Counted from the stretch's first letter, positions 30,401 to 38,691 are shown. The stretch: 64,000 bases of DNA from Gammaproteobacteria bacterium (GCA_015488885.1 WFMW01000020.1:221-64220); one strand, 5' to 3'. The notes: a model not told the origin generated them from the sequence alone. Program-made: numbers and translations.

Positions 30401-33342
30401 CAATAAAAAATAAACAGGGTACGGTTGCTCGTAGTTACTGGCAGGGGGTGTATTTGAATGCGGGAAATAATCACTTTGAATTTATAGTAAAGGACAATAA
30501 CGGTAAAGTTATTCGTCGTATGCAACGTGATATTGTGTTTGCTGGTGTTCCTGTGCGCGCACAACTGGCGGAGAAATATTCCCGTTTAATTGCTGATGGT
30601 CGTCATAGCCCGGTTATTGCCATAAAGGTATTTGATAAAAACGGCTTCCCGGCCAGGCCTGGTTCGCGCGGTAAATTCGCAGTAGCACCGCCATTCTTAC
30701 CACAACAGGAAGTTAAAGCGCTTCAGTTTAACCGTTTGTCAGGGCTGAATCGGAAACTGCCTGAATATGTTGTCGGGGCTAATGGGCTGGCATATATTGT
30801 GTTAGAGCCAACAACCACAACAGGTAAGGTGGATATAAAACTACCTTTTAGCGGACGTAGGAAAGTTCATATTCAAACCTGGTTGCAGCCTGAAGTACGC
30901 GACTGGGTGATGGTGGGGCTAGTAGAAGGGACAGCTGGATATAACCATATTTCGGGTCATCAGCAATCACCTGTCGGCAGCGATATAAAAGACGGTTATT
31001 ATAGCAATGGAAAAATGGCATTTTATGCTAAGGGAAGAATAAAAGGCAAATGGTTGTTAACTACAAAATACAATACATCAAAGCATCGTATCGCTGGTAA
31101 CAATCGACTTAATCAGTTAATTGATCCGAACACGTATTACACTATTTATGGTGATACTTCGCGCCAGCGTTTTGATGCCTCAAGTGCAGATAAACTGTAT
31201 ATAAAAATAGAGCGTGAAAAGTTTTATGCTTTATATGGCGATATGGATACCGGACTTAATGTCACCGATTTATCTAAATTTAGCCGACCTATGACCGGGT
31301 TTAAGTCAGCAGGTGATTTCAAAACATTATCTTATACAGCCTTTGCAGCAGAAAATAAAAATAACTTTGTTAAAGATGAAATACAGGGACAGGGAATTTC
31401 AGGTCTGTACCATCTGTCGGCCAGAAATATTACTATCAACAGTGATACCATTACCATTGAAACCCGTGATCGTTTTCGCAGTGAAATTATTCTTAATACA
31501 CAAACATTACGGCGTTATCTCGATTACACTATTGATTATCAGGCTGGAACCATTTACTTTCGGCACCCGATAGCAAGCCGTGATGAAAACTTTAACCCTG
31601 TTTTTATTGTTGCTGATTACGAAGTTGAAACCCCGGTAACAGGTGCTATAACCGCAGGTGGACGTGTTGCCGGTAAATTTGCCCAGGGTCGGCTTGACGT
31701 CGGTGGCAGTATTATCCATGATGGCAGTTATCAGGCAAAAGGTAATTTATATGGTGTTGATGCAAAAATTGAACTGGATAAGCAAACCGAAATAAAACTG
31801 GAAGTGGCAAGCAGTAAGGTTAATCACAGGCGTAAATCCGTAACCGGGAGTGCTTATTCCGCACAGATTGTCCATGGTGGTGACCGGCTTAAAGCTCGTG
31901 CCTATGCAAAATTACAGGATACAGATTTTGGCCTGGGGCAACAATCAATAAGTCAGTCTGGAACCAGGAAAATGGGTGTGGAAGGGAGTTACCAACTACA
32001 CGGGAATGCCTCACTAGATGCAACTTTTTATCATGAAAACAATCTGGCTACTGCGGCCAGTCGCAATGTTGCACAAACCGGTATTCGTTATGGTAATAAC
32101 AGCTACGCATTAAACGCAGGCGCAAAAATAGCCCATGATAAAGATAGCACTGGCAAAATCAGTGATTCAAATCTACTGATTCTGGGAGCCTCAAAAAATC
32201 TGCTGGATAATGTAATGAAACTGCACGGTGCAGCTGAAATTGCACTGGGCCAGAATAATGCCAACCCCGATCATCCATCACGTTATATTCTGGGGGCAGA
32301 TTATTTTGTTACACCTAAGGTTGATCTGTTTGCGGATAATGAGTGGACATTTGGCAAAAAACAGAACACCCAGATGAGTAAAGCCGGGCTGCGTTCGACC
32401 CCATGGACAGGCGCACAGCTGAACACTGCCATCAACCAGCAGAATAATGAAAATGGCATCCGTTCCTTTGCGACCATGGGTTTGACACAGTCATTCACGC
32501 TTAATAAACGTTGGAGTGGTGATGTGGCCATTGACCAGTCGAGAACGATACGTCATCCAGGTGCTAAACCGTTCTATAAAAATGTACCCATAGCACAGGG
32601 GGCGAAGGATGATTTTGTTGCGGTTTCGGTGGGTACTACCTATCATGCCGAAACGTATACCGTCAATGACCGGCTGGAATTTCGTCATGCCGACACCGAA
32701 AATAAAGTTGGTCTGCTGGCCAACTGGGAACATTATCTAAATCAGGGTACAGGCTATTCTGCCAGTACCAGACTGTTTCAGACGAAACGTGCTAATGGCA
32801 GCAAACTACTCGATGGTGATGTGCGCTTTTCACTTGCTTTTCGCCCACTGCTATCTGCGTGGATAGTATTTAACCGGCTGGATTTTAAATTTAATTCTAC
32901 AACAGATTTCACCGGTCTGACTAACCGCCAGCGAAAACTAATTGATAACCTTGCAGCCAATTATCTGGTCGATCAGCGTAATCAGCTGGCCTTTAATCTT
33001 GGCATAAAATACGTTGTTGATAATATCGATGCGAAAGAATATAACGCGATGACGTATCTATTTGGCAGTGAGTATCGTCACGACCTGAATGATCGGTTTG
33101 ACGCGGGTATTCATGCAAATGCCCTGTACTCAGCAAATTCATCGATATTGAAATATGCCAATGGTGTATCGCTGGGCTGGAATATGAAACGTAATATCTG
33201 GTTGAGCGTGGGTTACAATATCAGCGGTTTTGATGATAACGATTTTAGTGCAGCGGGTTACAGTGCACGCGGCCCCTATATCCGCTTTCGCATGAAATTT
33301 GATCAGGATACAGCAGCCAGTATTAAACACTGGCTTAATTAG
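27409..33342 (+). CDS. giant (~1980-2044 aa) cell-envelope protein: signal peptide, DUF11/CnaB-like repeats, OmpA-like peptidoglycan-binding domain, hexapeptide tandem repeats, ~1000-aa beta-rich C-terminal region
   Basis: The ORF track gives 27208..33342 with a TTG start. ATG 27409 is preferred because it yields a classical signal peptide (MFDNYQTVSHYRKTLIKYLTTFICLLTGFNVFA|ITPPGTLISNTATASFNY) and the same mature N-terminus as the two upstream paralogs. DUF11 motifs (…VAYTLKLDNIDATAASHNIVVTDTLPPGLRYQRGSVTYDG). A CnaB/prealbumin-like module (…ARVLMEDGRYAVTDDNGRFHFEGITPGSHVV). OmpA_C motif (…SMEGRARNRRADLIL). The C-terminus ends with an OMP-like amphipathic strand (YIRFRMKF) plus a short tail. 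Confidence 0.85.
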   Translation: MFDNYQTVSHYRKTLIKYLTTFICLLTGFNVFAITPPGTLISNTATASFNYLANAATASSNTVNVSSTIIKTPSSIQLYQYAPGGGEIAIPVVTQYANSGSTSASFIVSPDPQVPQPGAAPVTINPHTPVALNKVNAYSTGEPVFIQLTDKDQNLNPAQKETVTLEVSSSAGDREVIKLTETTVNSGEFSGYIQSTANPVTQYDGLLTLGEGTKVTAKYTDKYDSTDISIADSQADPFGRVFSSVDGSLQNGAVVTLFDSNGIPARVFGDDGVSTFSNPVVTGSTVTDSGGTIYHFPEGEYRFPRLAAGHYILKVTPPPGFAAPSQSNEQALQKLSGAPYALVASASFAQSFNLVAGPPLHVDIPIDPLTSILAIEKTAAKENVARGEFVAYTLKLDNIDATAASHNIVVTDTLPPGLRYQRGSVTYDGTGGNDPIVSADGRTLAFTIGSLAPKSSTQIKYVTEITVATPLGKAVNHVFAEDDRHIKSNTALAAIMVNEDLFSSHSFIAGRVIVGGCNTQSVTADPGLPAARVLMEDGRYAVTDDNGRFHFEGITPGSHVVQLDKDSIPDNYQVIDCVKNTRFAGTPYSQFVDIQGGSLWRTDFHIKQKPPLIGTSSVYIQSNVTAENNIQYTVNMQNGKIPVKNYRLIINLPAGMTYIPASSQLDGHNIKEPYVNDNILIYRLGDPGSNWQKKLVFRGHVKNGAEGGLITTAVVMLDTSLKKNIRSIPVKNKLQVEPGHIDKKSISYRTYFEPMGAALSTTSRKDLQLVIKKLGDVRISHSEVKAYTDNKPVKPRSQWLYKNNKTLSMARARVLGDYLTKKLNIDKKAITLMPEGSSHPLMKNDSMEGRARNRRADLILHTSKITDPEKIDLLRSKSEIGKINLKGQPNYKGEPNYKGEPNYKGEPNYKGEPNYKINKNYKINKLIETPDISQQRDISNFDEIWIKTQKPGYKWLMPDVNFSPSQSSVNIAIKHKPADHFEMRLNGKLINPLFYFGAIKNKQGTVARSYWQGVYLNAGNNHFEFIVKDNNGKVIRRMQRDIVFAGVPVRAQLAEKYSRLIADGRHSPVIAIKVFDKNGFPARPGSRGKFAVAPPFLPQQEVKALQFNRLSGLNRKLPEYVVGANGLAYIVLEPTTTTGKVDIKLPFSGRRKVHIQTWLQPEVRDWVMVGLVEGTAGYNHISGHQQSPVGSDIKDGYYSNGKMAFYAKGRIKGKWLLTTKYNTSKHRIAGNNRLNQLIDPNTYYTIYGDTSRQRFDASSADKLYIKIEREKFYALYGDMDTGLNVTDLSKFSRPMTGFKSAGDFKTLSYTAFAAENKNNFVKDEIQGQGISGLYHLSARNITINSDTITIETRDRFRSEIILNTQTLRRYLDYTIDYQAGTIYFRHPIASRDENFNPVFIVADYEVETPVTGAITAGGRVAGKFAQGRLDVGGSIIHDGSYQAKGNLYGVDAKIELDKQTEIKLEVASSKVNHRRKSVTGSAYSAQIVHGGDRLKARAYAKLQDTDFGLGQQSISQSGTRKMGVEGSYQLHGNASLDATFYHENNLATAASRNVAQTGIRYGNNSYALNAGAKIAHDKDSTGKISDSNLLILGASKNLLDNVMKLHGAAEIALGQNNANPDHPSRYILGADYFVTPKVDLFADNEWTFGKKQNTQMSKAGLRSTPWTGAQLNTAINQQNNENGIRSFATMGLTQSFTLNKRWSGDVAIDQSRTIRHPGAKPFYKNVPIAQGAKDDFVAVSVGTTYHAETYTVNDRLEFRHADTENKVGLLANWEHYLNQGTGYSASTRLFQTKRANGSKLLDGDVRFSLAFRPLLSAWIVFNRLDFKFNSTTDFTGLTNRQRKLIDNLAANYLVDQRNQLAFNLGIKYVVDNIDAKEYNAMTYLFGSEYRHDLNDRFDAGIHANALYSANSSILKYANGVSLGWNMKRNIWLSVGYNISGFDDNDFSAAGYSARGPYIRFRMKFDQDTAASIKHWLN
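30066..30191. repeat. seven in-frame 18-bp tandem units (GQPNYK, GEPNYK x4, INKNYK x2). Four GEPNYK units are nucleotide-identical.
   Basis: The unit gggcagccaaattataaa is followed by ggggaaccaaattataaa repeated four times, then atcaataaaaactataaa twice. Confidence 0.95.
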
Positions 33343-33529
33343 GGAAACGCCGAATACCCTTTGCTCATAAAAAAAACTTATCGAAATATACAAGACACTT
33401 AGGTTTTTCAGGGGCGGTTTTATAGAGAAATTGCTCTGAAAAGAGTATAGTACGCACACTCTGCACGCATGGTCTATATAAATATCGATGACCGAGCTGC
33501 GCAATAAGATTTTTTTATATAGAATAAAT

Positions 33530-33576
33530 TATTGATTTATCTATTGATTTATCTATTAATTCATATCTATTAATTT
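33530..33576. promoter_or_regulatory. AT-rich direct repeats (tattgatttatc x2, tattaatt x2) about 30-80 bp upstream of the qmoA-like start; candidate operator/promoter element
   Basis: Direct repeats seen in the sequence. Their position relative to the operon start suggests a regulatory role. No consensus match is claimed. Confidence 0.3.
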
Positions 33577-33608
33577 AAACCTGACACAAGATCCTTTGGA
33601 GGAATAAG

Positions 33609-34895
33609 ATGTCGGATATCGTTGCAACCAATCAGACTATTCTGGTTGTCGGTGGTGGCATTAGCGGCATGACGGCTGCATTAGAAGCTGCTGAAATCGG
33701 CAAACAGGTCATCGTCATTGAAAAATCACCATCAATCGGCGGTCGAGTGACCAGGCTCTATAAATATTTCCCTAAATTATGTTTTCCGACCTGTGGTCAG
33801 GAAATTAATCAACGGCGTATGGCGGCTAATCCGAACATCACTGTGCTGACCATGGCCGAAGTCACCGATCTGCAGGGCGATGCCGGAAATTATACGGCAA
33901 CAGTAAAAATCAGCCCGCGTTATGTGAATGCAAACTGTACGGCCTGCGGTGATTGTGCCAGTGTTGTCGAAGCGGAGCTTGATGACCCTCACAATTATAA
34001 TATGAGCAAACACAAAGGCGCTTATCTGCCACATAATATGGCGATGCCAAAACGTTATGTGCTGGCACCGGAAATTATTGCTACCGATGATGCCGAAAAA
34101 GCCAAAGCAGCCTGCAAATTTGATGCCATTGATCTCGATATGCAGGAAGAGACACTGGAACTGAAAGCCGGTGCTGTGGTCTGGGCAACAGGCTGGCGTC
34201 CATTTGATGCCGCAAAAATACAGCCCTATGGTTATGACCGCATTGATAATGTAATTTCCAGCGTTGAGTTTGAACGTATGATGGATCCATTTGGCCCTAC
34301 TGGCGGTAAACTGGTTCGTCCTTCCGATGGTAAAGAGGCTAAAAATATCGCCTTTATTCAATGTGCTGGTTCACGTGACCGTAATTACCTGAAACACTGC
34401 TCACGCATCTGCTGCATGGCCTCTTTGAAACAGAGTACCTATGTCACCGAAAAATTTGGCGATGAAGCCGATGTCAGCATTTATTATATTGATATTCGCG
34501 CCATTGACCGGTTTGATAATTTTTATCAACGGGTTAAGGAAAATCCCAACGTCACCTTTATCAAGTCGAAAGTGGCGAATATTGTCGAAAATAAAAAGAA
34601 CGGGAATCCGGTTCTTAACGGGGTTAATGTAGAAGGTTATCATCGTTATGCCAATGAACATGACATGGTGGTACTGGCCGTGGGTATGCAACCGAGTGTG
34701 GATAAAAACGCATTCCCGATAGAACTTAAATTAAACGATGAAGGTTTCATTGAAAGTGATGAAGCCAATGGTGGTATCTTTGCGGCAGGCTGTTCAGCGG
34801 ATGCGCTCGATGTGAATCGCGCCGTCCAGAGTGCAACCGCATCTGCATTAAAAGCCATTCAGGTTGTTAATCGTGTAGCACAGGCGGAGGGTTAA
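33609..34895 (+). CDS. HdrA-like FAD flavoprotein, QmoA-type
   Basis: 428 aa. N-terminal FAD fold (VVGGGISGMTAALEAAE). HdrA cysteine signature C-x-G-x-R-D-x6-C-S-x2-C-C (IQCAGSRDRNYLKHCSRICCMAS). No ferredoxin or MvhD domain, i.e. the QmoA architecture. Confidence 0.8.
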   Translation: MSDIVATNQTILVVGGGISGMTAALEAAEIGKQVIVIEKSPSIGGRVTRLYKYFPKLCFPTCGQEINQRRMAANPNITVLTMAEVTDLQGDAGNYTATVKISPRYVNANCTACGDCASVVEAELDDPHNYNMSKHKGAYLPHNMAMPKRYVLAPEIIATDDAEKAKAACKFDAIDLDMQEETLELKAGAVVWATGWRPFDAAKIQPYGYDRIDNVISSVEFERMMDPFGPTGGKLVRPSDGKEAKNIAFIQCAGSRDRNYLKHCSRICCMASLKQSTYVTEKFGDEADVSIYYIDIRAIDRFDNFYQRVKENPNVTFIKSKVANIVENKKNGNPVLNGVNVEGYHRYANEHDMVVLAVGMQPSVDKNAFPIELKLNDEGFIESDEANGGIFAAGCSADALDVNRAVQSATASALKAIQVVNRVAQAEG

Positions 34896-34898
34896 ACG

Positions 34899-37154
34899 AT
34901 GGCTGATGAAAAGAAGATAGCTGTTGAAAAGAAGATTGGTGCTTATATCTGTAATGGATGTGGCATTGGTGAACGTCTGGATTCCAGCCAGCTGGAAACA
35001 ACAGCTAAACGTGATGGCAAAGCCGCTATCTGCCAGCAACATGATTTTTTATGTTCCGAAGCGGGTGTAAAAATGATTCAGGATGATATCGATAATGAAG
35101 GCGTCAATCGTGTGGTTATTGCCGCCTGTTCACGACGGGCGAAAACCGAAGCCTTTGCCTTCAAAGATGTGGTCGTTATTCGTAGCAACCTGCGTGAAGG
35201 TGTTATCTGGGTGCGGCCTGATGAAGATGATCAGCGTGAAACCACGCAGGAAATGGCTGACGACTATATCCGCATGGGTTGTGCTGAAGCAAAATATGCC
35301 AATATACCTTCAGCCAGTGGCCAGCAGAGTGTGAATAAAAATATTCTGATTGCCGGTGGTGGTATTTCTGGTATGACCGCCGCGCTGGAAGCATCCAAAG
35401 CCGGTTATCCCTGTACGATAGTCGAGAAATCTTCGGCACTCGGTGGTGCAACGGCACAGCTGTATAAAAAGATTCCAACCAGAGCGCCTTATGCCGACCC
35501 GGAAGATACCGGTGTTGATGCAATGATTGCTGCCGTCGAAGCGGATAGCAATATTACTGTTTTTCTGAATTCAACCTTAACCAATACAGCAGGTGCACCG
35601 GGTCGCTTCACTGCCGACATTAGTACCGAAAGTGGTAGCACCGAAACAAAAGAATTTGGTGCGATTGTTCAGGCATCGGGTTTCACCCCTTATGATGCGA
35701 ATAATTTACCCGAATTTGCCTACGGTAAAAATAAAGATGTGGTCACCCAGATGGAACTGGAAGCCCTGGCTAAAACGGCCAATGGTGGTGCCATTAAACG
35801 TCCATCCGATGGTAAGGAAGTATCCAGTGTATTATTTATTCAATGTGCCGGTCAACGCAGCACGAAGGCAGGACATTTAGAGCACTGTTCCGGTTATTGT
35901 TGCAGTGCGTCCATCAAGGAAGCCATGTACTTTAAAGATCAGAATACTGCTATTGATACCACTGTGTTATATACCGACTTACGTACACCGGGTGCCGGTG
36001 GTGAAAACTTTTACCGTAGCGGGCAAAACAAAGGCGTTATATTTACCAAAGGTATTGCCTCAGAAGTTGTCGATGGGGCTAACCCGACCGTTAAGTTCAA
36101 GGATTTAATTCTTGATGAAGACGTGAGTATGGAGGTTGACCTGGTGGTGCTGGCGACAGGAATGGTGGCTAATGCTGGTCAGCCAACACGTGCTGAAATT
36201 ACCCTTAGCGAAAATGAAGCCAAGGAAGCGGGCACAGAATATAAAGTCTCGGTCGAATCCATATTGAATCTGGATTATCGTCAGGGTAAAGATGTGCCGC
36301 ATATGACAAACGGTTTTGCGGATTCACATTTTATCTGTTTCCCTTATGAAACCCAGCGTACCGGTATTTATACTGCTGGCCCCACCCGTCGCCCTATGGA
36401 TACCAGACAGGCGATGGACGATGCAACCGGTGCTGCAATGAAAGCTATATCCGAAGCGGAAAATGCAGGCCTGGGTAAAGCCGCGCATCCACGTGTTGCA
36501 GATCTGAGTTTCCCCAGTTTCCGTCAGGAAGGTTGCACCCAGTGTAAACGTTGCACGGTTGAATGCCCGTTCGGTGCTATCAATGAAACGGAAGATGGTT
36601 ATCCAGAGTTTAATGAATCACGTTGTCGTCGTTGCGGCACCTGTATGGGCGCCTGTCCGGTAAGGGTGATTTCATTTGAAAACTATTCTATTGATACTGT
36701 CGGGCAACAGTTGAAAGCGGTGGATATTCCTGATGAATTTGATGAAAAACCGCGTATTCTGGTGCTTGCCTGTGAGAATGATGCTTATCCGGCTCTGGAT
36801 ATGGCAGCACAAAATCGGCTTGAATACAGTGCCTTTACCCGTATTATTCCGGTTCGTTGTCTGGGGTCAGTCAGTTTAAGCTGGATTACCGATTCCATGA
36901 ACAGCGGTTATGATGGTGTCATTTTAATGGGTTGTCCGAGTGGTGATGATTATCAGTGTCACTTTGTGAAAGGTTCAGCCATGGCGCAGGAACGGATGAG
37001 TAAAGTGGGGGATACACTGGAAACCTTAAGTCTGGAAAAAGAACGTGTACAGACTTATGAAATATCCATTACCGATATTCAGAAAGTTCCACAGTTAATT
37101 AATGAAATGGCCGAAACCATCGAGAAGATTGGTATGAGCCCATTCAAGTTTTAG
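34899..37154 (+). CDS. HdrA-like flavoprotein fused to two [4Fe-4S] ferredoxin motifs and a C-terminal MvhD-like domain, QmoB-type
   Basis: 751 aa. Second FAD fold (IAGGGISGMTAALEASK). HdrA signature (IQCAGQRSTKAGHLEHCSGYCCSAS). CTQCKRCTVECP and CRRCGTCMGACP. MvhD/FlpD-like C-terminus (ILVLACENDAYPALD…IPVRCLGSV…DGVILMGCPSGDDYQCHFVKG). Confidence 0.82.
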   Translation: MADEKKIAVEKKIGAYICNGCGIGERLDSSQLETTAKRDGKAAICQQHDFLCSEAGVKMIQDDIDNEGVNRVVIAACSRRAKTEAFAFKDVVVIRSNLREGVIWVRPDEDDQRETTQEMADDYIRMGCAEAKYANIPSASGQQSVNKNILIAGGGISGMTAALEASKAGYPCTIVEKSSALGGATAQLYKKIPTRAPYADPEDTGVDAMIAAVEADSNITVFLNSTLTNTAGAPGRFTADISTESGSTETKEFGAIVQASGFTPYDANNLPEFAYGKNKDVVTQMELEALAKTANGGAIKRPSDGKEVSSVLFIQCAGQRSTKAGHLEHCSGYCCSASIKEAMYFKDQNTAIDTTVLYTDLRTPGAGGENFYRSGQNKGVIFTKGIASEVVDGANPTVKFKDLILDEDVSMEVDLVVLATGMVANAGQPTRAEITLSENEAKEAGTEYKVSVESILNLDYRQGKDVPHMTNGFADSHFICFPYETQRTGIYTAGPTRRPMDTRQAMDDATGAAMKAISEAENAGLGKAAHPRVADLSFPSFRQEGCTQCKRCTVECPFGAINETEDGYPEFNESRCRRCGTCMGACPVRVISFENYSIDTVGQQLKAVDIPDEFDEKPRILVLACENDAYPALDMAAQNRLEYSAFTRIIPVRCLGSVSLSWITDSMNSGYDGVILMGCPSGDDYQCHFVKGSAMAQERMSKVGDTLETLSLEKERVQTYEISITDIQKVPQLINEMAETIEKIGMSPFKF

Positions 37155-37163
37155 GAGTCTTCC

Positions 37164-37781
37164 ATGAGTAATCTTAATACCGGCATGGTTGAAAAATACC
37201 GCAATAATTTCCTTAACGAAGTTGAGGCCAATGTTGAAGAAGGTGAATGGGTAAAAATGTGTATGCAGTGTGGTGTGTGCTCAGGCTCATGCCCACTTGG
37301 TCCATACTGGGATCATCCACCTCAGGAACTGTTTATGATGATTCGTGCAGGCAAGCGCGAAGAAGTTCTTGAATCAACATCAATGTGGATGTGTACCTCC
37401 TGCTATAACTGTCTGGTACGTTGTCCTCGTGAGTTGCCTATTACCCATATCATGCATGGGCTGGCGCATTATGCTACGCGTCTGGGTATCGAACCCAAAG
37501 GTCAGCCTACCCGGCAGTTTGCCCAGTTATTCTGGGATAATCTGGCTAAAAATGGCCGTGTCAATGAGCTTTGGTTAGGCGTGAATCTGTATTTCATGAA
37601 CGGTTTTGTCAATGGCATTAAAGTAGCCATGGGAATGGCGGGTATTGGTCTTGGTATGTATAAATCGGGCAGGCTGAGTATTAAAGAACTGATTGGTGGT
37701 CACACAGTTAAAGACAAGAGCGGCTTTAAAGCAATGATCAAAAAAGCACAGGAGCTGGAATCAGCTCGTGTAGACAAATAA
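37164..37781 (+). CDS. heterodisulfide reductase subunit C-like (2x[4Fe-4S])
   Basis: 205 aa with CMQCGVCSGSCP and CTSCYNCLVRCP motifs. Starts 10 bp after the upstream gene. Confidence 0.8.
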   Translation: MSNLNTGMVEKYRNNFLNEVEANVEEGEWVKMCMQCGVCSGSCPLGPYWDHPPQELFMMIRAGKREEVLESTSMWMCTSCYNCLVRCPRELPITHIMHGLAHYATRLGIEPKGQPTRQFAQLFWDNLAKNGRVNELWLGVNLYFMNGFVNGIKVAMGMAGIGLGMYKSGRLSIKELIGGHTVKDKSGFKAMIKKAQELESARVDK

Positions 37782-37794
37782 GGCAGGTATAGTA

Positions 37795-38691
37795 ATGTCA
37801 AAAGAATATTCATTTTATCCGGGTTGTTCCTCACAGGAAGGTGCATCTTCCTCGAATTATCTGAAGTCCGTCCAGTCTATGTGTGATGTGCTGGACATTA
37901 AACTTAACGTGATTCCAGACTGGAACTGCTGTTCTGCATCCATCGGTTATTGTGGTGGTGGTGAATTACCCCGACTGGCCCTGTCAGCACGTAATATCGC
38001 ACTTTCAGAAAAGCATAATCAGGGGCAGGATATTGTTGCTACCTGTGCCGCCTGCTGGTTAGCTACCAAAGAAACCCAGGAACGTCTGGATGATGATGCT
38101 GGATTAATGGATGAAACTAATCAGGCACTGGCCGAAGCAGGTCTGAAAATTGAAAATAAAACCAAAATTCGTCACATGGTTGAGGTGTTAATTGAAGACA
38201 TCGGCTATGAAGAAATGGGCAAACATGTCAGCAAACCTCTGGACGGCATTAAAATAGCCGGTTATGTAGGTTGCCAGACTAATCGTCCATTCGGTATTGA
38301 AGGTGAGTCGTTTGAAAATCCTAAATATCTGGATAAATTTATTGAAACTCTGGGGGCTGAGCCGGTTGAAAAATACGACAAAAAAGTGTCCTGCTGCGGC
38401 GGTGCACTGGCATTCTCCGAACCGGAAAAATCTCAGGCATTGATTAAAGACATTATTGAAGCCGCCTACGATGGTGGTGCAGATATGATTGTTACGCCGT
38501 GTCCGGTCTGTCAGATGAATGTCGAAGTGTATCAGGATAAGATTAATGCTACCTATGGTACTAAATTTAATATGCCGGTTACCTATTACAGCACCCTGAT
38601 GTCAGTCGCCTACGGTAAAAACAGCAAGCAGTCTGGTCTGAACGGGCAGATTATTAAAGCTAAAAAACTCGAGGAAGTTGCCAGTAAGTAA
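37795..38691 (+). CDS. heterodisulfide reductase subunit B-like (two CCG cysteine-rich domains)
   Basis: 298 aa with two Cys…CC…CxxC modules (GCSS…NCCSAS…ATCAAC and VGCQTN…SCCGGALAF…PCPVCQ). Confidence 0.8.
   Translation: MSKEYSFYPGCSSQEGASSSNYLKSVQSMCDVLDIKLNVIPDWNCCSASIGYCGGGELPRLALSARNIALSEKHNQGQDIVATCAACWLATKETQERLDDDAGLMDETNQALAEAGLKIENKTKIRHMVEVLIEDIGYEEMGKHVSKPLDGIKIAGYVGCQTNRPFGIEGESFENPKYLDKFIETLGAEPVEKYDKKVSCCGGALAFSEPEKSQALIKDIIEAAYDGGADMIVTPCPVCQMNVEVYQDKINATYGTKFNMPVTYYSTLMSVAYGKNSKQSGLNGQIIKAKKLEEVASK

Noticed and set aside
33139-33504. 121-aa minus-strand ORF overlapping the giant gene's 3' end and the qmo upstream region
   Set aside because: It is antisense to the OMP-like C-terminus and continues into AT-rich intergenic DNA. 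No support.
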